Shown here one piece after another: positions 24,803-37,080 of a stretch of 64,000 nt of DNA (position 1 is its first letter; every line of letters begins with the position of its first letter). The position numbers and the translations under genes are program-made. Source of the DNA: Mobula hypostoma (lineage: Eukaryota). The notes beneath the pieces are model-generated. The model ran no database searches, was not told the origin of the DNA, and saw only the letters and a program-made list of their open reading frames with translations. Location of the stretch: positions 17,548,001 through 17,612,000 of the forward strand of contig NC_086109.1 of NCBI RefSeq assembly GCF_963921235.1. Reading direction: 5' to 3'.

Positions 24803-26239
24803 ATCTTTTCCACAGATGCTGCCCGACCTGCTGGGTTCCTCCAGCCTGTTGTGAATGTAAAGGTAATTTGTCTAGTGAAATATTACCAATGGACATCATT
24901 AGAAATGTATAGGCAGGAGAATTGGGTTGAGAGGGATAATAAATCAGCCATGATTGAACTGAAGCAGACTTAATGGGTTGAATGGCCTAATTCTGGTCCT
25001 ATGTCTTACATATACACTTACTGCCCATGACACTGCTGGCGTTTATGGTAGCAATGAAGATACTGCATTTCTGTCTGTCCATGCAGTCAGACACAGTTGT
25101 AGAGGAATTCTTCAGTGCTTTTTTCATAACAATTTATATTTTGACCAGTCAGAGTTGCTGAACCACCAACCCTGGAGCACCGGTGGACCACTCTTAGTGT
25201 GGCCTCTACCCTTTGACCTGATTGGCATGGGCGACCCTACCGAGAGCCAAAGCACAGGGCCCTGACCAGAACCTATCAACAGCCAGCATTGCTCGCTGGG
25301 TCATTATGGCACACATGCCTCCCAAGCCTACGACATGGTTGTGGTCCACTTGAGGTCTTATATATACGCTTCCTTAGAAATCTATCAATGTGGAAAGGAA
25401 AAAGAATTCATTACTGATAGACCTCCAATGGAAGGAAGTGCGGAAGGTAATTTTCCATACACCATATTTACTGATGTAGAGAAATTTACTCTAGTAGGGC
25501 ACCTGGTTTTATTTAATTATGGTTCTTCCAATGCTTTGCCATGTCCAAATAATCGTTGTTTTTAGTTAGGCGTAAGAAAGTACTTGCATACTTTGTAGTT
25601 TTTTAAATGAACCTAGGAAAGATTTTGATGTGTTTTCTTACACCACAATATCCTCTACACCCAGTGTAGACCGTAAGACATAAGAACATAATTAGGCCAT
25701 TTGGCCCATCAGGTATTCATCAGTACATCTCTCTCAACCCCATTCTCCTGCCTTTACCCTGACTAACCAGAACCTATCAACGTGCACTTTAAATATACCC
25801 AATGACTTGCCCTCCAAAACCATATATGGCAATAAATTCCACAGATTTGCCAATGTTTGACTGAAGAAATTCCTCCTCAGCTCTATTCTGAGGCTGTGTC
25901 CTCTGGTCCTAGACTTCTCCACGTCCATTCTCAAGGTTCAAAGCCTGGGGTACAAAACATTTGGGAGTAGTTTGATGGGGTTGTACAGGTCCATGGTAGG
26001 TTTAGATGTGGAAGCAGAAGGAACCTTTTCCCAATAACGTGATCCAAGAGCAAAAGAATAAAATGATAGGCAAAGCATGGGGGGGGGGGGCGGGCGCGGT
26101 GCTGGAGTGAGGAAATCTTTCTCATGCAGAGAATGGTTACAATAAGCAACCTACTAAGAATGATTGTATACAAGGACTGAGTGGCCTCGAGGTGATGTTT
26201 TATTTCAGATGTTTTATTGTATATTATGAAGATAGTATT

Positions 26240-26799
26240 GCGATCACTTGAGTTGAGTATGATGTTCTCCCAAGGGGTTGTACCATTAATGGAGAACGGC
26301 TGTATATGACCTTGTTTAACATGGGGAAGCTGATGCACAGGCATCCATCACACGGTCCTAGACAGATCGGGGTCAGGGTCCATGGCATGGAGTGCAAGAT
26401 AACTGGAGACCCTTCACTGCTGCTGCCTTCGCTGTCGTTTTGATGTGTCATCATCTTCTGCCAGCTCCATTGTTGAGGTCTTGGTTGGATTTCCCTGTGC
26501 CTAGAACCTCTCCCTTCATCCCTTCACCTTACCCGACCAGGAGCTGAGAAGCGGGTCGCACCAGGCAGTCAGCCATTCTTGTCTGACGCGTGGTGTCAGG
26601 ATTGGTCTCCTTTTGGATTAACCAGGTCATGATATGAATGTTCCTGACTTGACCCTTTTTTTTACAAGACCGAGTGGCTAGCTCGACACTCAACCCAGCA
26701 CGGATGGAAAGTGTGCTCGGGAGTGACCAGACTTGGATTCGAACTGGGGAGCCTTTGCTCCGGAGTCCGGTGCTGATGCCACTGCGCCACCAGCCAGCC
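26240..26799 (-). mobile_element. tRNA-headed SINE with probable RTE-related body
   Basis: Minus-strand A box TGGCGCAGTGG (26779-26789) and B box GTTCGAATCC (26735-26744). The body assignment and left boundary are tentative. Confidence 0.6.
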
Positions 26800-27077
26800 A
26801 AGCTGAGAAGCTCATAAACCTCTCTGCCACGGCAAACCGACGATCCACGGAGAGGGCTGATTATGAAGGTAATGTTTACCTACATGCTGGTCATGTAATA
26901 TTGGCCAAGACACTAAAGCAAAATCTACAATTTTTCAAGATTAACTCGGGAGCATAATTACAGAATAATGGATGGCTCATTAAGGACAAAGGTGAGGGGG
27001 AACTTCTTCAAAAGCTTTTGCCTTCCCAACTTTCAGGTATCTTCAGGAAGCCGTGAGGAGTGAGTCCTTGAGTAAGT

Positions 27078-27265
27078 TCAAGATCAAGGTCATGGGGGAG
27101 CAAGTGTTTTAGGGAATGGACTGGAAAGTTGAGTTGATGCCAACTTATTTTGAATGGCAGGCTCAAATTGTCAAGAGGTTTCAATCTTTGGGGGAAGCAA
27201 GTGTTAGAGGGAATGGACTGGAACACTGAGTTGATGCCAACTTATTTTGAATGGCAGTTTCAAGA
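27078..27265 (+). repeat. Diverged tandem duplication, about 95-bp unit x2
   Basis: gggaatggactggaa..tgagttgatgccaacttattttgaatggcag occurs at about 27113-27160 and 27210-27257. Confidence 0.8.
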
Positions 27266-28380
27266 AGCCCCATGAATTACTAACTCTGACTCAGATGAGA
27301 ATGTGGGCATCACAATAATTTAATAATTTACAATTCTGTACGCCAACTTCCAACTAAATATTTATCCAAACCACTCTCTGGACTCTTAATGTGCTTGACA
27401 TGTTCCATATAACTGCCGCTCTGTGCGAGGGGTAAAAGGGATGAATTTATGGGTCTGAACTTGTATTAATTTGCTCATGAGTTTGATATGAACTTCGTGT
27501 GGGAACACAAAAGACAAAGGAATGCCATCTTCAAGGGAAGTCATCTCAGAAAGTTTTTGGTAGAGGTATCCGGAGGAAGATTAAAATTGAGATATTATCA
27601 GCACATACATCAAGGTACAATGTTCATTATTGTCACAGAATGTATATGCTTGTCTCACATACTGTTCATTCAGATCATAAGACCAGAAGACATAGGAACT
27701 GATTATTAGGCCATTTGGCCCATCGAGTCTGTTCTGCCATTCCATCATGGCTGACTTATATTTCCTTTCAACTCCATTCTCCTGCCTATTTCTTAGTTAT
27801 CTTTGATGTCCTTACTAACCAAGAACCTATCAATCTCTGCTTCAAATATGCCCAATAAGTTGGCCTCCACAACTGTCTTTGGCAATGAATTCCACAAATT
27901 CACCAACCCCTTCAGTCATTCATTACGTGTCATAACCACCACCCTCTGGCTAAAGAAATTTATCCTTTTCCTTCTATTCTGAACCTTCCAAGACAAATCA
28001 AATCATTACCCAGTGCCCTGAGGTAGAACTAGGTAAAACTATAACAGAATGCAGAATGAAGTGTAACAGCTGCAGAGAAAGTATGGTCAGTGCAAGGTAA
28101 TAATTTACATCCAGAAAATAGGCAGTTCATTGTCCAGCTTGCAACTAGGCAATGGCTAAGATCATTTAATCTAGGTGGCTGTATTAAACTCATGGAATCT
28201 TATAGCTCCAAAGCAGGCTGCTTGGCCCATCAAGTTCATACTAACCATCAATTACACATCTTGGGATATCAGGTTGCAGCTTTGGCAAAGATTGATCAGT
28301 CAGTACTTGGGTGTTTGTTGTACTGTTCTGGAAGGATATGGTAGCATTTCATAAGTGGCAGAAGATGCTTATCAGGATAT

Positions 28381-28992
28381 CAGACATCCCACCTCTCCCG
28401 GAAGTTCCGGGAGTCTCCCGCATATTAATAGTGGCTCCCTGATACCCGCAAATTATATACAATGTCCCGGAAATTGATTTTTTTTGAGAGCGAGCGTGAG
28501 AGAACGCACGAGAAAGAGTGAAAGAGCGAGCGCAAGAGCAAGGAAGCAAGCGCGAGAGCGAGAGTAAGAAAGCAAGAAAGCAAGCGCGAGTGAGAGCGAC
28601 CACCAGCGAGAGAGCGCGCGCGTGAGAGAGAGAGCGAGAGAGTTCCAAAAAAAGTCAGAGTGGCAGAGTGTTCCAAAAAAAAACGTGCGTCACCCCAGAC
28701 TACACTAAAGTGTACCCCTGCCTAATAGGGGTCAAAATAATGACAGTGTTGCTCGCTGCACTGTTTACAACAGTGACTTTTCTATTGCCCGTGGTGGGTT
28801 AAGACTGTACAAGACATGTTGCGGTGAGTTTAACAGGTGTCATTCGTTCATTAGCATAGCTAACGTTATTTAAACTAGCTGGCCAGCTGCTAAGGAGCTA
28901 CTCCATTGCAGACATCCCACCTCTCCCGGAAGTCTCCCTCAAATTGATGGTGCTACCTCCCTTAAATGAGTTTTTGCAGGGTGGGATGTCTG
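28381..28992. mobile_element. Non-autonomous TIR DNA transposon (hAT-like termini) with 6-bp TSD
   Basis: 13-bp TIR CAGACATCCCACC. GGATAT at 28375-28380 and 28993-28998. Inserted into an old CR1 fragment. Confidence 0.8.
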
Positions 28993-29886
28993 GGATATAG
29001 AGGTGGATTTTACTTGTAAATGGAGATTAAATAGGCTGGGGTCATTCTCACTAGAATGTGGGAGGCTGAACTGGTGAACCTAGAGGAGGGATAATTTTAA
29101 GGTGATTGTAGGGGGAATTTTTTTTTGCGCAGTGAATGGTGAGTGCATGGAATGTGTTGCCGGGGTGGTAGAGAGATAAGTCACTGGGGGCATTTAACAG
29201 ACTCTTAGATAGGCACATGGATGAAAGATAAATGGAAGGCTACGTGGAAGAGAAGGCTTAAATTAATCTTAGAGCAGCTTAAAAGGTTGGCGTAAGATTA
29301 TGGGTCTAAAGGCCTGTACTGTGCTTTACTGTTCTAAGTTGTATATTTATAAAATTACAAGGCATAGACACACGTGAGTGAGAGAGAGAGAAAACAAGAG
29401 AGAAGGAGGAGGGGAAAAGGGGCTATCTTCTGGGGGGGGTTCAAGATTAGGGGGCAGAGGTTGAAGAGAGGAGAAATTTAATGGAGATTAAATGAAAGAG
29501 GGGCAAGCTTTTCATGTAGAGGGAGGTGGTTCTATGGAACAAGCTGCTGGAGGAGGTGGTAGTGGCAGACATGTTTACAATATTTAAAAGGTATTTGAAT
29601 AAGTTTCTGATTAGGAAAAAACGGAAGTGGGATATGGGTCCATGGTAGACAAATGGGGTTTTTCCTGTGCTGTATAACCCTATTTACTGACACTTGGCCC
29701 CAACTACTTATTCCAGGTTTTGACAATTCAAGTTCTTGTCTAGATGTTTGAATGCTGGGGGAGTTCCTCCTTCCAACCCCACTCAGGCAGTGTGTTCCAG
29801 CTTCCAACCGACTTCTGAGTGTAGAAAATTCCTGCATGAATGCCTCTAAGCCTCTTTTCATTGCCCTAAACATTTTGTTCTCTCCT

Positions 29887-30777
29887 AAACACCAGAGATT
29901 CAGCAGAGGCTGGAAATATTGAGGGACACAGGTAAAGTGCTGGAGGATCTCAGTAGGTCAGGCAGCATCAATGGAGAGGAATAAACATTCAATCACTTCT
30001 CTTCAATCTTGGTGGCCTGAAGAGACAATTCTTGATTATCAATTTGCCTGAATAGACAATTCTCGACTATCAATATACCGGAATAAACCATCTTCTCCTC
30101 ACCTCCTTCTTGTGCCCTTCCTCCTCCCCCCATGGTCCACTCCCCTCTGTTACTACTGAAGCCCTTTACTCCTTCCACCCAACACCTCCCAGCTTCTTAC
30201 TTCATCACCCTCCCCCACTTCTCTCCTCAACTGGTCTCACATATCACCTGCCATCTTCAAAGTTCAAAGTAAGTTTATTTCATGTCATCATATACAGACA
30301 TGAGGTTCATTTTCTTGCGGGCATTCACAGCAAGTGCAGGAAAACAACAAAATATTAATATATAAATAAGCAATAAATATTGAGAACATGAGATGATGAG
30401 TCTGCCATGAAAGTGAAGTCCACAGGTTATGAGAACAGTTCAGTGTTGGGGTGAGTGAAGTTGAATAAAGTTATCTCCTTTGGTTCAAGAGCTTGGTGGT
30501 TGAGGGGTAATACTGTTCCTGTACCTGGCGACGTGGGTCCTGAGAATCCTGCACCTCCTTCCTGATGGCAGCAGTGAGAGCATAGTCTGAATGGTGGTAA
30601 TTCTTGATTATAGATGCTGCTTTCCTGCCCTTCCTCCCTTATTTGGCATCTGCCCCCTTCTTTTCCAGTCCTGATGAATCTTGGCCCAAAACATCAAATG
30701 TTTATTCCTCTCCATAGATGTTGCCTGACCCGCTCAGCTCCTCCGGCATTTTGTGTGTTTGTGTATGTTCCACAATA
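29887..30777. mobile_element. Degenerate fold-back PLE derivative with nested Rex1-like fragment
   Basis: Left arm 29887-29991 and right arm about 30626-30762. TTCTCTCCT at 29878-29886 and 30778-30786. Rex1-like piece at about 30258-30625. Confidence 0.65.
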
Positions 30778-31804
30778 TTCTCTCCTTTTTGACAGCTGTT
30801 ATGAGGAAAAGTATATTTGGAGGTTTCATTTTAATCCTCTCTAACTCACCCATGCATCTGTCAGTCAACAAGTCACAGTGAAAGGCTTTCCCAGAGCACA
30901 CCAGGAACCAAATCCTCTTAGCAGCCTGAATGGACAACTGTTGACTATCAGTCAATCTCTCTTTATTTTTGAACGGGAAGTAAAATGTAAACAACAAAAA
31001 AAAATACTTAGTGTAATCTTGGACTTGGGTACTGTGATGTTTGAGTTTAATTTGTAATTCTAGGTCAGTACTCAGATTTGGCAACCCACTGTAATTGCAT
31101 GCATTGATGGAGCTATTAAATATTTAATGAGACACTGAAACTAGGACAGAAATATTTTATGGATAACTTTCGTTTGTATTGGCAGGCACATAACCCTTGG
31201 GCATGATGGTTTATTTACATACAATTCCAATCCACACCCCAGCCAATATTTTGAGAGTATTTTGGGGTAATAAGTTAGACTACAGAAATGAATGAAGTAA
31301 TTGCATTGCAATAGCAATGTAATTTTAGAAACAATCTAGGCTTTAAACCAATTCATTAGGAACTGCTTTAGAAGTTAATTGAATTTTGAATTTATATATA
31401 CATCAAAAAGAAAGCCAGTGGCCTGTTAATTAGTCCCTTGAACTGATCCTTCACTCAATTCATATCCAAACTTTTATTTACCTGCTTCAGCTTATAATCC
31501 TATGTGTTCATGCATGTGAAATATTTGCAATGTGTAATTAGTTTCAAAATGTTTATAGCCAGTCTTTTCTTTTGGCTGGGGAAATTAAATGTAAATGTGC
31601 TCCAGATTTCCACTATTTACATGAAGAACTGTTTCTTTACATCACCTACAAATACATCAAGTTTGATTCTCTGGGTTTCTGATTTTCATGCCCCCTCATC
31701 ACCACCATCCCTATATTTTGAGATCCTTCTATTAAAAGACATAGTTCTCATTTATTCACTTTGTTAAATGCTTTAATCATCACAAACTCTCTGATTATAT
31801 CATC

Positions 31805-32180
31805 CTGAATGGGTGGTGGGGTGGAGATATGCCTCTACCAAATTAGGTGTGAGGTGCTCCTTCCCTCTGCTGGCCTGCAGGTCACCCTTGGGCAAGGTGT
31901 AGCACCTGCTTAGCCTCCCAAACAGGGTCACGTGAAGCCATGGGACAGGTGGTGGATGGTCATATGAGCAACCGGTGCACATCACAAGTCCTGGTTATGT
32001 GGCCACTGACACGAGGCAGACAATCTCTGAGGAGTATTGATAACAGCTGGGATCACACGTCTTGTAAGGTCACTGCTCAGAAGGAGACAATGGAAAACCA
32101 CTTCGATAGAAAAATTTGCCAAGAACAAGCCTGGTCATGAGACTATGATCACCCATGTCAATCTGTGCAGTACATAATGA
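31805..32180 (+). mobile_element. RTE/BovB-related non-autonomous retroelement
   Basis: Colinear with 15697-16082 (ggtggagat..cacccttgggcaaggtgtagcacctg..cacatcacaagtcctggttatg). Confidence 0.65.
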
Positions 32181-32827
32181 ACAAAAGAATGTTTTAAACA
32201 AGGGGCTTCAAGATAAATCTATGTACTCAGTCCTCACAGTTAACTATTTTGGGTTTGGTGTTGATTTGGTGAATGTTTGCGCCTCCATTTAGACATGTCA
32301 TAAATGACTGTATCTGGTGTACAGTGGAGAGTATTCTGGCTGGTACCTTAACTGCTGAATGCACAGGATCGGAAAAAGGGGCAGGGTTGGAGACTCAGCT
32401 AGCTCCACTTACGGTACAAGCCTCCTCACCGTTGACGATATCTTCAAAAAGGCAGTGTGTCAAGAAGGTGGGGGTGCTTGGATCACGAAGGACCCTCATT
32501 ATCCAGGAATGTGCTCTTGTCATTACTACTATGATGGAGGAGGTACAGCAGCCTGTTCAGGAATAGTTTCTTCCCATCAGTCATCAAATTTCTGAACGGT
32601 TCATGAACACTATCTCACTAGTCCTCTGTTGATCTATTATCTATGACCAGAGGACACAGCCTTAGAATAGAATGATGTCCCTTTAAAGCAGATGAGGAAG
32701 AATTTCTTAAGCCAGAGGGTGGTGAATCTGTGGAATTCATCGCCACAGTCGGCTGTGGAGGCCAAGTCATTGGTTTTGGATCTCCCCCCCCCCACTTTCA
32801 AATCTCTTATTAGCTCTTCTTTCAGTT

Positions 32828-32863
32828 AGTCCTGATGAAGGGTCTCCACCCGAAACGTCGACT
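32828..32863 (+). ncRNA. Minimal hammerhead ribozyme motif in a solo PLE arm (about 32776-32925) inserted in a CR1 tail
   Basis: AGTC CTGATGA A GGG TCTCCA CCC GAAAC GTC GACT: perfect 4-bp stem I and intact core. Confidence 0.75.
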
Positions 32864-34174
32864 GTACCTCTTCCTAGAGATGCTGCCTGGCCTGCTGCGT
32901 GCACCAGCAACTTTTATGTGTGTTGGGTATATTTAAAGCAGAGATTGATAGGTTCTTGATTCATAAGGGTGTCAAATGTTATGGGGAGAAGGCAGGAGAA
33001 TGGAGATCAGAGGGATAATAAAGCAGACATGATAGTACAGTAGAGCACACTCGAAGGGCCAAATGTCCTATTTCTACTCCTACCTCTTAGTCTTATTTCT
33101 TTTATTTCCTATTTAAGTTACAGTAGCTTTGTCTTCCACTGTACTGCTGGCATAAGGCAGCAAATTTCCTGACATCCACCAGTGATAATAAACCCGAATC
33201 TGATTGTTTCCTTTCTGAAGTGCAGTAGATCGATCTCCTAATATTTAAAATACAAGTAAATTTAAGTTTGTTTTCTTTCCAATTGTAGCTGAGAATGGGG
33301 GAAGGGAAGAGAATCAGCTGGTGGCTATGAAACTGTCTGAGCTATGAGACCCGTAAGATGAAGCAGAGCTACCCATCCGCAGTACCACCGATGCGGCAGA
33401 GAGGGCCTCAAGATGGCTGTGGCTCAAAAGAGGGGAGCCATGGGGTCATAAGTAGCTCGCCATCTGGACACAAGCTGGGGTCTGATCAGCCCCGGCTGGG
33501 TCACCTGGAGGAGGTTGTGTAATGTTGAAAGACCCAAAACATCCGATGGTTCCAGGAACATCACTGAAGATGTGTCCAGAAGCACCAGTAGATGTATGTA
33601 CACAGCTGGAGAAAGTTGTCAAGTACACGCCCCAGAAATGACAGAAGTCACGTGCATCAGGCATGGCTGAAGTGGCCAGGTCTATTTCATCCCAAATAAA
33701 GAAATTGGTGAGTTCACAGCACTCCTAAAAAATTATGAAGTGACTTTACTGGATCAACTTAGTGTATGTTTCTGCCAGAGAAGTCAAAATGCGAATCATA
33801 AAAAGACAATTGTATAAAGATTTAGGGAAAACTGCTGAAGGTTTTCAGCTTGAAATGTCGTTCTGTACTTTTTTTTCCCCCCATAGATGCTGCCTAATGA
33901 CTCTGTGTGTGTTGCTCAGATTTCCAGCATCTGCAGATTTTCTCTTGTTAGGGAAAACTTCATTCCTTAAGAGAGTGGAATTTACCAAGAAGAAATTGAA
34001 GATGGATTTAACAGGAAACTCAGGATTCAGAAGATGGATATGCAGGAGCCTCAGCTACTCACACTGAAGCAAAGCTTTCATTCTATGGAACACAACATCA
34101 GCAGCTTTCCACAACCTGCATTACAGAAATGCCATTTCCTACAGTTTAATTAAAGAATAAAGCACGAACACTAA

Positions 34175-37080
34175 TGAGATTTAAGGCAATTTCTTTTATT
34201 GTGGCAAATGGATTTTAACCATCTAAAAAAAATAAATTAGCCATTTAGAACAAAAACAAATCACAGATTTCTTCAGAATGACATTCTGTTTGATACAAAT
34301 TACTTAGTAATTCAAGGAACACATGGACAAAGCATGTAATCCACAGCAAGTAGGCAACAAGGCAATGTATCACTTCGCCCCAGAGTTTCATCTTCTGTAA
34401 CAGGGGCAAAAATAGGTCTCATAATCATGCAAGGTGAGAAATATTGGTATAAACAGGATCACACTATTCTCCCGCCAGTATTTTTTAAAAACTGGTCCCA
34501 CTCTTTGCTTGAAGATGTAGGATCATACCCCAGCAATGGCTGGATGACAATATGGAACCCAAACCCGTGCTTAAGAGATCATTCTTAAGTTTGCATCTGG
34601 ATGTTGATCTTTAGTATCACAGCGAAACATCCCGCCCTCACTCCATACCTGCATCTTTTAGGAACTGAAGTGGGTGTTGGGAGGGTTGTTGCAATCCAAT
34701 AGATTATTCTCCCCCTTTTACAATCATACCAGTAGTTAAGGTTGCTTCAGTCAGAGCCAAATTGGCTCAGCAACAAACCAGAGGGTGGTTCCACGTAGCA
34801 GTAGTCTTATTGAGGTGTTTAAGGATTAAAAGGAACTACAATTTCTGTAGATCCCCGAGTTGCCCCAAAGTCCCAAATAAGGGGGAAAATTGTCTAGAAA
34901 GTAGTAGATTGCTCAAGGTGATGATGCAACCACCGAGGTAAGTGGTAATGGAAATCTGAAACGCCCACTCCAAGCAAAATTAAACAAAGATTGACCTCAG
35001 TGTTACAAAGATGTTAAATGGTAGATCACTACCATCTAACAATAGTAGGTAGAATGAGGGGCTGAATAGACTATCCCTGTGTTTATTGGTCTTTGCTATT
35101 TCAGATTTTAAAATTTCCTTTCTCGCTATAATCGTTAACTTATCCTCGTCCCCTAATCTTCTCAGCACGTCATATCTCCTGTCAATGGGACAAACAGACT
35201 GCCAACCTGCTCAGGAAGGTTTGAGGGTGCGGTCAAGGAATTGGCCACCGTGAGGGATCAGCACATAGCAAAGTGACGGGTAATATTAGAACTGCTCTCT
35301 GCAAACACTGTGAAGCAGTTTCACCCCAGGCCAATATTTCACCATTGCACAATTCAAAAATAAAATTGACAATTATTGGCATACATCATAATTTACATAT
35401 CAAAATGGGTTTGACATTTTTTTTCCTACAAATTCCATACTGGTTTTCCAAGAGAAAAAAAAATTCAATGGAAACTTCCCCCTCAAGGTAAAAAGTCAAC
35501 TGTCCAGACTCAAGGGGCTCATGGTCAAATTTTGGCCTGCTCCTTTCCCCATTCTCCTCCTGTAGGTCTCCCCTCTTTTTGCTGAATTTGCACAAGGGAG
35601 CAGGAACTGGCCTGTTGCAATTGGACACAGCAATGTCGTCCAGTTAACACCGGTTGCCTCACATAAATAACATATAAAGCATTCACAAAGGAACAGAGAG
35701 GAAACTAGCACGCCTCCAGGTGGTCCTTCCCTCAAAATGAGATCGTTCATGCCGAATTTTGAACACCTAGCCTTTTTAAAGCAGCATTGATGTGAATGGA
35801 ATGGGGAGGGGATGGTTTGGGAGTGGAGAGGATAGATTTTAACCAATAAACACTCCCAAGTGGGATTCAAGTACTCACTCAAAAAAAAATTCACCAGTCA
35901 TAATAACATTCATTCAGTCAGGATGGCATGCAACATCACAGCATGTGAATACGAATTAACAATACATTAACATATTTCTGGAAGGGAATTTTGAGGAGAT
36001 ACCATATTTTCCTGACACCCTATCCCCTTAGCTTCCCTCTTAAAAACAAACAACATCCAAATCCAGGACAGTATATCTGAACACCAAAAATAAATTTTCA
36101 GTATTCTGATTGTATCTCAAATGCCAAAACTTGTCCAGCGTTAAGAAGACAGTCAAATAATGCTCGTCTTGGCATTAATTCTTCCCCCAGGGAAACACGA
36201 ACAGTTTCCTCGCTTTAAACAATTGGTTTTCATTGCTATCTGAAGATTATATTCATTTTTATTATAATTAACTAGTAGAAAAAAATCTACTTCATTATAA
36301 TAGTAAACTTATTCGAACTTCATTCATTTGCATTCAACCAAAAGTCTGAGACGAGGATGGGTGGGGAAAATAAAAATAAATTAATTTGCAAAATATATAC
36401 ATGTCTGACACATAAATAGTAAACTTGTTTCTTCCTCTTTCTGGTGCAACTGTTTAATTTTCCTGTACTTTAATTTTTTTTGGCAGAGACAGTTACACAG
36501 TACACAGCTGAGCAGTGACCTAAACGATCACAACCAGCCAAGTCTATTGTAGAAATGTAAGCTAGAGATGGAGCTTTCTTTGCCACGTATTTTATCACCA
36601 CAGAAATTCTCGAACACTTGTCCTCCCCGTATACTTTGTAAGGGAGGGAGGAAGGAAACCTTCCCCGCTTTGTTTCTGCAGGTTAATTCCTAACCTTCCC
36701 TTTTAGTTTATATTCGCAATCTGTTCACCCATCGTTACATAACACCATTCCCGCCTCTCTTTCACTGTTCAGACTTCACAGTGCAAGGGATTCACATGTC
36801 TTTACTACTGGGTCTGGTCCCAATCTAGGGAACTCCCATGTATCCGTTGAAGAAAAATAGGAGAAAAAAAATCTCCTTGCACAATGCCTTGGCTGCCCCA
36901 CTTTCCCAAATCTTTCTTCACATTCTATAGCCGTGATATTCCTTTTGTGTTTTGGTTTCCTCTTACTCAACCATCTCTAACTTCAACTGAGTGTCTGGCC
37001 TGCAATCTTTCCAGTCTCAACAAACAAAGAACCATAATTAGGTCTGGGCCTTGATTACGCAGCCACTGAGGATGTCCCAT
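34175..37080 (-). other. NUAK2: Putative NUAK2 3' UTR (about 2.9 kb)
   Basis: Follows the stop codon. It is free of recognisable interspersed repeats, unlike its flanks, and ends near an AATAAA with a GT/T-rich downstream element. Extent is inferred. Confidence 0.5.
34195..34200 (-). terminator. Candidate polyadenylation signal
   Basis: Minus-strand AATAAA followed after about 20 nt by CA and TTAGTGTTCGTGCTTTATTCTTT. Confidence 0.5.

Larger units (their letters stand above)
21945..24854. mobile_element. Penelope-like retroelement (PLE) with inverted pseudo-LTR arms
   Basis: 21945-23009 is the reverse complement of about 23832-24854. The spacer encodes RT. GTGAATGTAAAGGTAA is directly repeated at 21929-21944 and 24851-24866. 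Confidence 0.93.

Noticed and set aside
26720..26799. Functional tRNA gene
   Set aside because: A and B boxes are present, but I could not build a convincing cloverleaf, and the sequence continues into a SINE body.
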